Origin: Schmidtea nova
Taxonomy: Eukaryota
Assembly (NCBI GenBank): GCA_044892505.1
Contig: CM097882.1
Location: 368,652,001 to 368,716,000, forward strand
DNA length: 64,000 bases
Direction of reading: 5' to 3'
This document shows, in pieces, positions 38,977-50,081 of the stretch. The position numbers were made by a program, and so were the translations under genes. How positions within the stretch are numbered: position 1 is the stretch's first letter; every line of letters begins with the position of its first letter. Below the pieces are notes generated by a model. It did not search any database, was not told the origin of the DNA, and saw nothing but the letters and a program-made list of their open reading frames with translations.

Positions 38977-38988
38977 GCCGCGATAGCT
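38977..38988 (-). promoter_or_regulatory. Non-canonical PBS-position sequence AGCTATCGCGGC (element C)
   Basis: Directly after the 5' LTR end. Identical to element B although the two LTRs are unrelated in length and sequence. Confidence 0.65.
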
Positions 38989-39075
38989 TGTTGTTTCTAT
39001 AAAGACAAGAAAATCACGCTTTATTTTAAAAATCTATTATACTCAAATTTCTGCGTATTCAAACAAATTTTTACA
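38989..39075 (-). repeat. 5' LTR of element C (87 bp)
   Basis: Direct repeat of 35393-35479. Confidence 0.9.
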
Positions 39076-39499
39076 ATAAAGAGAGTTCCGTTGATGCGCA
39101 AAATTTTTTAATAAAATTTTATGGCAATTTAGTCGTTTTGAACGACTGTATATATATATTTTTTCTCTATGTCAACTTATAAACAATTATCTTATAACTT
39201 CCTTTATTTATACCATTGTGTATAGTTGATTTCGGTAATTATTATTTATACGATTTTCTATTATTTACATCAAAGTACAAAATATAATTCATTATTTAAT
39301 CAATAAAAACAAAGTGCGTAAAATTCATCATCCAATCAATAAAGATTTATACATAAAATAAGAATAAAAATAATAAAAAAATAAAAACAAATTAGAACAA
39401 ATTAAATTATTATTAATTGTCACATTAAATAAGTCAAATTATTTTCAATTATTGATCTTTAATTTGAATTGGGTTGAACAATTGTTGGGAATAGAGATA

Positions 39500-39830
39500 T
39501 AAATACAGCCAAATCTGTGCAAAAACTTGCTGACATTGGTTTTACTGTTCTGCCACATCCCCCTTTCTCCCCAGACCTCGCACCATCCGATTTTTATTTG
39601 TTTTCCCCTTTCAAATTTGCGATTCGTGAAAGAGATTTCAATAGAGTTGATGAAATTCAAGTGGTTCTGGACGCTTCTTCGCCGATGGAATCAGGAAACT
39701 GCTGGATCGATGGCGCCGATGTCTCCTTTATAATGATAAATATTTTGAACATCTCTCTGACACAGATGATTAACATTTTTGATGTTTTGAAATTTATACA
39801 TGTTTCACCGGATTATCCTGTATTATTGGA
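39500..39830 (+). mobile_element. 3' fragment of a mariner
   Basis: LPHPPFSPDLAPSDFYLF. Confidence 0.8.
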
Positions 39831-39883
39831 TTATCCTGTATTTGAAATGATCGAGACTAATTAAAATTACATTATATGTACAA

Positions 39884-40219
39884 CTAAATGCATTTTTGGC
39901 ATACAATTGAAATACTTATAAAATATATCAAGAATCTCAACTTGATGGTTCGTGTGGGGCTCTGTGTTTTGGTACCCCATTCTGTGTTTCCCTTAATTCG
40001 GTACAAGATGAAATAGAAATAAAATCCAATTGAAATATTTATTATCCAATAAGATTGCTTCTTCTGTTTAAATAATAAATCAGGCATCATGAATAGACAG
40101 CGGCAATATTTCAATTCCATATTGTTTGGTAAATTACAAACACATTTGCATCGATAATCATTATATGCTACTGAAATTGTTGTGATAACAATGATTAGAA
40201 ATAAGAAGAAAAATGCCAC
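39884..40219 (-). pseudogene. TMEM9-like small membrane protein sequence, antisense within the pLGIC intron, probably degraded
   Basis: Signal-peptide-like N-terminus, NDYRCKCVC (TMEM9 EDIRCKCIC), KYCRC and PTRTIK..LIYFISI (TMEM9 STTTIKVIIVIYLS). The middle is divergent. Confidence 0.45.
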
Positions 40220-40532
40220 ATACTTTGGACAAGACTGACCGTCTTTTCTGTACTCGAGGATTATGGATTTTGTTTTCAGTCATTCTGTTGTTTATAAATA
40301 TGGAAATATTTATAATATATTCTTAAAAAAAATATTTTTGTATAAAAATAAAAGAATATTATATTTTTAAGATAAATCTATTTAAATTAAAAAAAATTTT
40401 AATCGGCTTAAATTTTTTGACTATAATATAAAATTTAAAATATATATTTTATTTTAAAAATTAATATTAATTCGTTTGATTTATCGATTTATTTGATTTA
40501 TTTGATATATATTTGAACGTAAAATTGGGTAA

Positions 40533-40571
40533 CACCTGATGAAGAGAATTAAGTTCTCGTAATATATTGTG
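40533..40571 (+). ncRNA. Degenerate Penelope-type hammerhead (C3-G8 core; GAAA mutated to GTAA)
   Basis: CAC-CTGATGA-AGAGAATTAAGTTCTC-GTAA-TATA-TT-GTG. Confidence 0.6.
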
Positions 40572-43500
40572 CAAAATATATATTTGGATTGGCGTTTGTT
40601 TTAAATTATTAATTAATTATTTATATTTTATATGTATTTGGGGGTTTTGGGTAATTATTTTATGATCATAAGGCGTTTTTCAAAATATCAAATTAAATGG
40701 AATTTTTCTACGATTAAATCGATGCCATATTTTTATTCATATTTTCTCTTCAATAATTAAAAACAAACATATACATCTATTAAATTAATTACACCAAAAC
40801 ATAAAAGTAATAAACTAGATCGCATAAAATAAATTGATATAATTACAAAGATGTCATTAAAATCATAAAGATAAAATAAATTGATCACAAAATTGTCAAA
40901 GATGAATTGTCAAATTATAAATTGTGATAGATTACAAAAATTGATTGTTAAAATAATAAAGATAAATTTTAAATATCAATTACAAAATGAAATGTCAGTA
41001 TCCCAAAGATAAATTGTTTTTATCATCGGCATTGTTATCATCATTGTTTGGTGTTTGCTCAATGTGTATGTTTAGTCTGTATCTATTTATCCATATGCTA
41101 CAATCATCATTAAGATCGAATGTTTCTACCCTTTTCTCTGTATCTAACATTATTATTTAATTTGGTATTGGTAATGATTTAACTCGTGATACAATTTTCT
41201 TTATTTTAATAACTCTTATAGACATAATCTAAGATTACTCGGGATAGAATTTATATACCAATACTTACATCAACGTAACAATCAGAGAAATAGAAAGAAT
41301 ATTTATCGTTTGCAAAAATTCGAATTAATTCATCCAAGCAACTGATGCCTCTATATACCAAAAGTCACAACGAGAATCCTACTAACACTAAAGGTAGATT
41401 GGTGAAATACTTAAAAATTTTTTAGTTAATTCGAGAAAACTCAGCAATAAATCTAAAATAAACGTTTCTAAAAATGTCACGAATCCTTAAATTCAAAGTT
41501 CCATGTAACACGTTTAAAATAATAAGAAAATCTTCGCTAATCTTAATTTACGCGTGTAATCCCCGAGAAGAGTTATAGTTTATAAACTGTCTTCCCTCCG
41601 TTTCAATTGTAGTTTAGAAAAAAAACGAAATCAAATCAAATCAAAAGAAAATTTCATTTGCATTCTTTCCACAAAATTACTCAGTGTAGAATCAAACTGA
41701 TCACATAAAAATGCCAATATAGAGTAAAAATAGGCTAAATATTCGTAATTGATTGCTCATGGCAAAGCTTAGAGAATGGAGCTTTGTTCTCTAAAAAAAT
41801 TTTGATAAGCATGATTTCAGTTGGATCGATGGGCAAATCGTGCTTTTGTAAATTCCAATGATTGAGTTTCGCGAGTTAGATTTCATAGAGTTTTCACACA
41901 GTGGGCATTTTCCACCCAATAATCCAGATATTTGAATGCTCTTCTAACTGAATAAAATGAATAAAATAGTCAAAGTTTTAAATTATTAAATTTATCTGTT
42001 ATCTAATGAAAATCAGGAATCCTAGAAATTAACGCAAAAATCAATAAATCATAGTATATAAAGAGAATTTACCATAGTATAACGCAATCAATCAGGTTGT
42101 AAGTTAATTTTAGATAGGCGAGAAGCCTAAAAATGTATTTATTAAAAGATTGTATTCAATAATTTTTATGTTATTTTATTTGAATATTAAGGGGGTTGTA
42201 GAGGTTTTCTTTTAAATTTCCTAAAATAACTTAAATTATTAATGCGTTTTATGAATCTCCTGTAGCCTTAAAGTGACAAATTTGAGGTTCTAAATAATTA
42301 AAATCATTAAATTCTAGCCGTTGTAATTTACTAAGGCTTCGGTAAAAATTGGAAATTTTATAATAATTTAATAATTTTTAATTTAAATTCAGTATAATTT
42401 TATTTAATTGCACAAATTATCCGTCTTATTTTGATGTGAACCAAACTCTAATAGATTTTCCTTTAATCTAAAACATTCTAAATCTAAAACTTATTAATAT
42501 AGAAACAAGAACTGCTTAGGTTTGTTGGCTTCAGGAATCGGTTATCACCGAGTACTGGATGATTCTAAAGTCAATAAGCGTTCCGAGTTAGGTCGTGACA
42601 AAATTGTTTGAAAGTGATTTTATAAATGAAATAAATGCATGAAATCTGTTTGCGTTTCCAGTTAATGCAGTGTCTAGTGGTTGAAGAAATATTTAATTTT
42701 ATGTTCTTTAGAAATTAATACTTTAATTGAAATTGAGGGTAATATTTATTTTAAGGCGTCTCTGATCGAATAAATTGACACCCAATTTGATAGAGGGTTA
42801 GTGGAAATAGAAAGCAGGAGCAAATTTTAGAACATCTTGAAAACTTCGACACTTTTCGCACAATGATCGAGATAATTTTGTTTTGCCTGTGGTTGTGGTA
42901 TATATATAGTATATACATAGTATATACATAGTTCTAGAAAAGTATGCAAAATTGCTGACGTTTTTTTGTTTATAAGGATCAATTCTGATATATTAAATAA
43001 TTTGTATTGATGTAATTGATTATTTTTTCTGTTATTTATTAATTGGCATGAAAATCGTTAAATTCGCTTCATCTTAATTTTTTTAAAGATCCTAGTAAAT
43101 AGTTAAAGAATGCTTAATAAGTATGGGACAAAATGGACAAAGAACCTTTTGCGGTTGTCCTTGAACCCACTGCGACATTTGATCAAACACAGTTTTGAAT
43201 TTTCGGACACTTAATATTTGCGAATGTCCACCCATTTGTAGCAGGCAACAAGATTGTTATCTAATGTTTTGTGTTGAGTTGTTGATGTGAGGAATAGTAA
43301 CGTCATATTGNNNNNNNNNNNNNNNNNNNNNNNNNNNNNNNNNNNNNNNNNNNNNNNNNNNNNNNNNNNNNNNNNNNNNNNNNNNNNNNNNNNNNNNNNN
43401 NNNNNNNNNNNNNNNNNNNNNNNNNNNNNNNNNNNNNNNNNNNNNNNNNNNNNNNNNNNNNTTGACTTTTTACTTACATATTTATTCTAACTCTTTAATT

Positions 43501-43846
43501 TTATTATAGACTATTGTAAAGTGTATTTGCTATACATTTTCAATGATTTAAGAAATATGTTTCTTTAGTTTTTTCAAAGTCTTTTCAATAATGTTTAGAT
43601 TTAAAGACTAAAGTATTTATTGAAGAAACTTTGGAACTAGTCGGTATTACTTTGACAACATGTAAAATTATATTTTGTTAGTAAGTTCCATCATCATATT
43701 TAATTATAGACTGCCACTATTTTTAAAAGTTGTTAACGTACTCGTCGATTATAACAATGATCTTCAGAAATATTAAGCGACTTTGCCTTGGACATCTAAG
43801 GGTAGAACAGACATGTTATTGTTCAATTTCATTAAGCTAAACACTA

Positions 43847-44430
43847 CGTGGTGCGTTCAATAAGTACCCGACCAAAGGTAAAAAATGTAATGAAAAATTT
43901 TAGTTTTTTTGTGTAAATAAATAAATAAATATAGGTTTTGATTTCAGTTATTGTTTAATTTTATCAAACGGATTAAAATTTTTATTGTGACATTTTGAAT
44001 TGTCGTCGGTGTAATGATTTCAGACGTTGAGTATCGCAGCGTTATCAAGTTCTTTGTGTTGCAGAAGAAGACGTGCAGTGAAATCTAAGATCTTTTGCAG
44101 TCAACTTACCTACATGACTCCCCATCTCTGACAACTGTTAAATATTGGGTCAGAGAGTTTAAAGGTGGTCGCACCTCCGTTTTTGATCAAGAAAAATCAG
44201 GTCGGCCACAAGAAATTTTTGACACAATTGAGGAAAAATTGGAGAAGATTGTCCAAGAAGAGCGTCGAATCACCATGAAAATGCTGTCAACGAAGCTCAA
44301 CATCAGTGTTGGTACAGCCCACGCCAAATTGAAATACATGGGTATCAGAAAACTGTGCTCCAGATTCGTACCCCGCTTCTTGACTAGTGAAATGATGCGA
44401 AACCGCTTGGAGTCAGCATTTGTGTTAATA
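43847..44430 (+). mobile_element. 5' half of a mariner
   Basis: TA + CGTGGTGCGTTC TIR. VEYRSVIKFF, WVREFKGGRTSV...SGRP and SRFVPRFLT. Confidence 0.85.
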
Positions 44431-44434
44431 TATA

Positions 44435-45659
44435 TATCAGATCAGTCCATAAGCTTGTGCAAATTTGTTGGTAAATCTTTAACTAATATAAAAAAACACA
44501 ATTTAACATTTTAATTAATTATATATTTTTCTCCCTTAACTACAATGAATCAACATCTTATAGGTAGCTTTTTTATTCCATTGCTGTGGAAAGACTTTTG
44601 TTTTGATGCAAAAAACTTGAAAGTTCATTGTCTACATCCTGTTTAGAATTTAATCTTTGTTCCAGTAAAAAATTTGTAAGGCACGAAATAAGTGAAAGTC
44701 ACTTAGAGCAATATCTGGGAGTAAGCAGTATGTGGCAAAAACTCCAAATTAAATTCACTTATCTTATGCAGCGTTGTTCAAGCCGTATGCGGTCTAGCGT
44801 TATCATGATGAAACAACACTTTCTTGATATTCATCAATCGCGGGCTTTTTTTTAATCAATTCTGAGTTTAGACGGGAAAGTTGTCCTTTATAAACTTCTG
44901 AAATAATCGCTTGATTTGGTTCTAACAGTTCATAATAAACTACACCATACATATCCCACCAAACACTCAAAAGTATCTTTTTAAGGTGAAAAAACACTTT
45001 TGGTGTTGGAATCGACTATTTATCTCTATCTGTCTACGTTCTTTTTCTTGTAACGTTATGATGAATGATCCATTTTTCATAACCTATTACCAAACGATCT
45101 AAAAATGGCTCTCTTTCGTAGCGCGAGAAACGGGAAGCGCAGATGTTTCCTCGCTGTTGGCAATTGGCCTCGGATAGTTTCCAAATCTTCTTTAAATGAC
45201 AAAAGACTGTTCCATGAGATGAATTCATCATTTCTGCCATCTGATCCACTGTTCATTGTAGCTGTGACATCACAAAATTTCGAAGAATGTTATCATCAAA
45301 ATTAACAGGACGTCCTGGACGGGATTCATCATAAATGCTGCTTTTTCAAACTTTAAATTTTTTAAACAATGACAGTATGTTAACCATGTACACTATTAAC
45401 TTTTATCGCTGCAGACCTGGCAGATTCAACACACGAAAATAAAACATGTAGCGCAGCACGTTTGTATTGATTATCTATATTCATTTTCTATGGTACTAAA
45501 ATGTGTTCAATATTTACGAAAGTGGGTGACGAACTGAATACTATGTAATCAAACGATGGCAAGTTTCGACAGGTTCAAACTTGTATTGGTTTAGTGACTG
45601 AGTCATAGTGAATTCCATGCATGCTATTAATGCGCACGAACTTATGGAATGATCTGATA
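44435..45659 (-). mobile_element. Second mariner subfamily copy abutting or inserted into the previous one
   Basis: TIRs TATCAGATCAGTCCATAAG / CTTATGGAATGATCTGATA. ILLSVWWDMYGVVYYELL and FLDRLVIGYEKWI. Confidence 0.8.
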
Positions 45660-45959
45660 TATATAGTATAGAATTTGTATACGATATTCCGTCAATTGAC
45701 AGTTTTGCGAACCAACTTAAAATTTACTTCAAATATACTTTAAAAAAGTAAAATATGGTAATTTGGTAATTTGACACTACGCATTTTAAAGTTAATTTTT
45801 TAAAATATTAAATTCCATTATTTTCTACAGACAGAGAATAATCATATTTCTTATTATGCAGGACTTTAAAATTAGGATTGGTTAGGTTTGTTGTTCCAAA
45901 GATGCAAAAAGTATAAATATCTGATGCATTTGTTAAAGCAATTTTTAACTTTTTCTTTA

Positions 45960-46770
45960 TTTTGTTTAGATTGTGTCCAAACAAACACAAAATAAAACAA
46001 AAACACAAAACTTATATGAAAATTAATAAAAATATAAAATTTTAATTAAATATTTGGAAAATTTAACGAGGGGAACTCGTATGGGAGGATGAGAACGAAT
46101 TCAAATATAGTAATATAAAATCAAAAAAGAGTCCCCAGAAAGAAAAAATTGTAAAATTAATAAATTAATTAAAAGTTAATTAGCAAATGGGAAACCCGAG
46201 CAGTGTTAGAAATCCGGGTGCTTAACAAAATAATCTAATTATCCCAGGGGAAATTAATCATGAGGAAAACCTGTGATTAAAAAGATAACCCGAAAGATTG
46301 CCAGATTATCAATTGTCAAATTAATAATAAAGAAAACCGCAGAAATAACATAAATTGTCAAACTATAATAGGAATCCCCCAGATAACTAAATCAGATATG
46401 ATGATTCAATTAAAACTAATCGTATAAAAAGAAGAGTCAAATTTCAAAATGCGCTAGAGTATTTGAAGAAAAATAAACTTAAGTGAGTAATAGTTAGACA
46501 AGTGTCAGTTGGATCAAATTTCTTCTACATTGCGTATCAGAAATGGAAATCTTCCTTTGTTAGACTAATCCCTACGCTTTAATAAGAAAAGTAGTGAAGA
46601 CAAGTTGAAATTATGTAAAGAATTTGTAATTAAAATTTGTATTGAATAAGTATTGTAAAGTTGTCATATAGTCGAATAAAATTTGCTGTGTTATGTTTCT
46701 TGAATCAATCATATAAGAACATCAATGAGTCAGACAGCAACACCGACTAATTGCTATATACCCAAAAATT
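45960..46770 (+). repeat. Diverged LTR, family 'L'
   Basis: Shares diagnostic blocks with 31721-32575. Termini degraded. Confidence 0.6.
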
Positions 46771-47479
46771 TTATAACATGAAAACAAATTTGTAAAGGTT
46801 ATGTTTCAATTAGCTGGATTTCATTAAGAGTCACTAGAGGATTTCTGAAAAGATTTAATAATTTTATTATTGTTTTTTAAGATTCTTAAAAGATCTTAAA
46901 GATAATTCATAGAACTTGAAGACACGTTGAAGGTGATAATTTGACTATTAAATTTTATTATTTTGATAAAATAGTTTTAATTTACGAGACCTTATCATGC
47001 TTTCACGCTAAGGCCCGTAATATAGATGACTAAACCCGTTAAAAAAATAAAAATAATTTTTTAAATTTTTGAGTGATTGTTGCTAAATTTTTCAAACAAT
47101 TCTTTATCTAATTTAATAAATGATTGATGCTAAAAGAATAACATAAAAAGAGCAAAAAACAGAGTTAATGGCCAAATTTGTAAAGTACAGAAATTATAAA
47201 ACTCAATAATTAATTGCAAATTGTGCCAAAAGTAGAGTAAATGATGTAGGGTAAAGTTAATAATTTGTGGTGAAGCCAAATCAATCTTGCAAATAGGCAG
47301 CTGCCCATTTATTTACTTCTATTAACTTTACAAAGGAGGAAAGGGCAAATTTTAAACAATTATTACGAATTGGTAGTTTTCTTCTTATAGAAATTTTTAA
47401 CGTTTTATTAATTTTTTTTGTTTAGAATTATTTTCCATATTTCTTTTTGTATGAATAATACGATTTTATATATTTAACA

Positions 47480-48061
47480 CAGTGTTGTCCAAACTTTTTT
47501 GAGCCACGGCACACTTGGCTGAATTAAAAATTTTCGCGGCACACCTAAATTTTTTTTTGCTTTATTTGCAATTTTTTATTGCACGTTTACTAATCTTTTA
47601 ATAAGAAATGAAAAACTTATTTACTTGAAATAAATTTAATGTAAAATATTTTAAATTTAGAAAAATTAGTGTATGAAAAATTCATAAAACATAGTTAATG
47701 AGATTTATGTGCTTGATGTTCCGAACAAATAAGTTCCAATCGTGGTGGAATTTTTGACAAACAAACTCTTAATTCTTCATCAATGTTAACCATACGTTCC
47801 CGCTTCTTTGATTTAATTGTGGTTAGAGTTGAAAATAAACATAATTAAGCTGCTTACGTATTTTAGATAGTCAATATTTCTAGTAAGAAATATAAATATG
47901 ATTGTAAATTTCGCACTTAATTGACTGATTATCATTTAAATTTGAAATAACTGATAAAATATCCAAAATTCAATTTCCTTTTATTAAGTTGTTTGAAAAA
48001 CAGGGTTTTTTTGACTTTTTTTTAAAAAAAACTTCACGGCACACCTGGGCACCCGCCACGG
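47480..48061 (-). mobile_element. hAT (Charlie-like) 3' end fragment
   Basis: Terminus CAGTGTTGTCCAAACT. The - strand encodes FSTLTTIKSKKRERMVNIDEELRVCLSKIPPRL...QAHKSH*, the C-terminus of Charlie/ZBED8-type transposases. Confidence 0.8.
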
Positions 48062-48070
48062 CTTAAATAT

Positions 48071-48113
48071 AATCATACAAATAATGTTAAATTTTAACAT
48101 TATTTGTATGATT
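48071..48113. repeat. Perfect 21-bp inverted repeat with a 1-nt spacer
   Basis: AATCATACAAATAATGTTAAA-T-TTTAACATTATTTGTATGATT. Confidence 0.95.
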
Positions 48114-48348
48114 TCCCATTCATTGTTATTAAAGAATAAAAATAATTTTTAATCTTTTTATAATCTTAATTTTATAATCTTTAATTTTTAAGATATTTAG
48201 TTATTTGATTTAATTGATTTAAATTAAATATTTGGAAAAATATTTATTTTATTTCTATACAAAATAAAATAGTTTTTTATTGAAAATACGTATTTTTACT
48301 TTTCATTGCAATTCTGTTTCATTTATTTTAATTGCTTTTGTATTCTAG

Positions 48349-48447
48349 GCTGGTAAACGGAGAAGACAAATGAAGCAAAAAGATAAAGATTTTGAAATAA
48401 AAATTAAACAAATTTTGGATGAAAATATTGAATGTGAAATATGCTGA
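48349..48447 (+). CDS. Host pLGIC terminal exon D
   Basis: Polypyrimidine acceptor ...ttttgtattctag. Encodes AGKRRRQMKQKDKDFEIKIKQILDENIECEIC*. Joins exon C in phase 0 as YFD|AGKRRRQMKQKD, matching the post-M4 D...RRR.M..KD tail recalled for this family. Confidence 0.7.
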   Translation, partial: AGKRRRQMKQKDKDFEIKIKQILDENIECEIC

Positions 48448-48795
48448 TATTTTTTAGACTGGTGAACTTGATTTTTTTTTACCGATTAATATTTTTTTCA
48501 CAACCGCCATAATTTTGATATTTGCCAAAATTAGAATTGTTTTCTATATTACATTTTTGATTAGATAATATAAATTTTGATAATTTTAATTGTCTTGCAT
48601 TTGATAAAGATTTGCGAAAATATATTCAATACCACAAGTACTATTAATTAATACATCTTTTGCAATTTGAATTTAAAATGAATTCATTATATTTATACAA
48701 TAATTGCAATAAATATGTTTTAATAACCAAACATAAGAAAATCCAATAACTTTTATTATTTTTGGATTATAGATCAAAAATAATTTTTTTATTAG

Positions 48796-48836
48796 GTATA
48801 CGATATTTCGGCGCAGCCTTTATCAAGTGTGTATAC
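48796..48836 (-). ncRNA. Hammerhead variant (U3-A8 core) with a degenerate inverted partner at about 48860-48900
   Basis: Minus strand: GTATAC-ACAC-TTGATAA-AGGCTGCGCC-GAAA-TA-TC-GTATAC. Cleavage triplet AUC. Confidence 0.6.
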
Positions 48837-49427
48837 ACAGATGTTAATTAAGTGTGTAAATACACACCTAATAAAGGATGTGCTGATATATCGTACTTTT
48901 TGATGGAGTCTTACAAAATGAATATGAAAATTATTGAATTATAAGCTAGATCAAATGTAAAACCAAAAGACAATGATGACAAAAATATATCATACCTTTT
49001 TGTTTATTTGAAAACATATCATCAAATTGGATTATTTAAAATAAATGACACTTATATTTTTATCGACACAAAAATAAATTATTGAGAATACTTGATAAAT
49101 TTGTTTGTTTTATATATTTTAGCTCATTAAAATTAAAGTGCAAAAATCTGCTAACGAAAATATTTGCTTGTTCCAAATCTTTATTAGTATTAATTAGAAA
49201 AGATAATTATGGCTTTTAATTTAGATACTGAATGTGGGATTAAGATTTAATAAACATTTAAAATGACTTAAAATTATAATAATTTAATAATATTCAATTT
49301 AATAATTCATTTATATTTTTAGATTATAAATCAAAATTCATATTCCAATTAAAAAGTTTCATCTCTATTGTCTAAAGTAAAAGTAGAATAAGCTCAGGAC
49401 AAAACACTAAATTTTTCACATATAAAC

Positions 49428-49714
49428 TGTTGCTATCGTAAACACACACATACACACAGTATTAGGATGTGTCCCCGTCATATATAGGTCAAATCCCTAT
49501 ACTACTCCCCTAGTAAAAAAAAATTTTATGCAAGTCTAATTTTATGTAGGTCAATTTAAGAATACTTAAAGTTCAAAGTTTTGGTTTTATGACACTAAGG
49601 ACACTTTTGGGTGAGTTTAAGGTCAAATTTTTGGTTTTAGGACACTTTAAGATCAAAAACGTAGGTCAACGTCGAATTAAGGACACTTTAGGGTCATTTT
49701 TAAGGTGAATTTAA
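49428..49714 (-). repeat. Probable LTR end fragment with degenerate TAAGGACACTTT repeats
   Basis: TGTTG terminus. 49430-49480 is an inverted match to about 10387-10430. Repeated aggacactt units at 49595-49700. Confidence 0.35.
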
Positions 49715-50007
49715 TGTTGGATATGTCATAAGTGACTTAAAAATAAAGTGAAAATTAAAAAAAAATTAAATAAAAATTAATAAAATCACAAAAATCTATA
49801 AATTAATAAATACAAAAACATTAATTAAAAAATTAAGAAAATTGAAAATCAACATAGGGCAAGGTAAATTGGTATGGGTGTATGCCGATTGATGAGACAA
49901 ATTCAAATATATAAAAATAAAGTCGATGGGGGTCCCCAGAAAGAAATAATTTTAAAAATTATAATATTAATTAAGAATAGAAGGAGGCTATGCCAGGTCT
50001 GGATCCC
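49715..50007 (+). repeat. 5' part of a family 'L' LTR, cut by insertion of the giant element
   Basis: TGTTGG start, then the ggtatggg / gagacaa / ccccagaaa blocks. Homology stops at about 50007. Confidence 0.5.
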
Positions 50008-50081
50008 TGTGAGTTATCGCGCGTTTTTTGGTGCTGTTTTTAAAATGTGTTTTGTTTAAATGTTTAGATTTTTTATTATTA

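Larger units (their letters stand above)
35393..39075 (-). mobile_element. Compact gypsy-like LTR retrotransposon C with 87-bp LTRs
   Basis: Direct repeats 35393-35479 and 38989-39075 (2 mismatches). PPT-like GGGGAGA before the 3' LTR. Flanks ATTAA / ATAAA (5-bp TSD with one mismatch). gag-PR-RT-RH-INT. Confidence 0.92.

Noticed and set aside
38977-39075. Tf1-type self-priming for elements B and C
   Set aside because: Neither LTR contains the complement of the PBS-position sequence.
41000-43300. Possible coding relics in this interval
   Set aside because: No frame gave a recognisable motif, so it is left unannotated.
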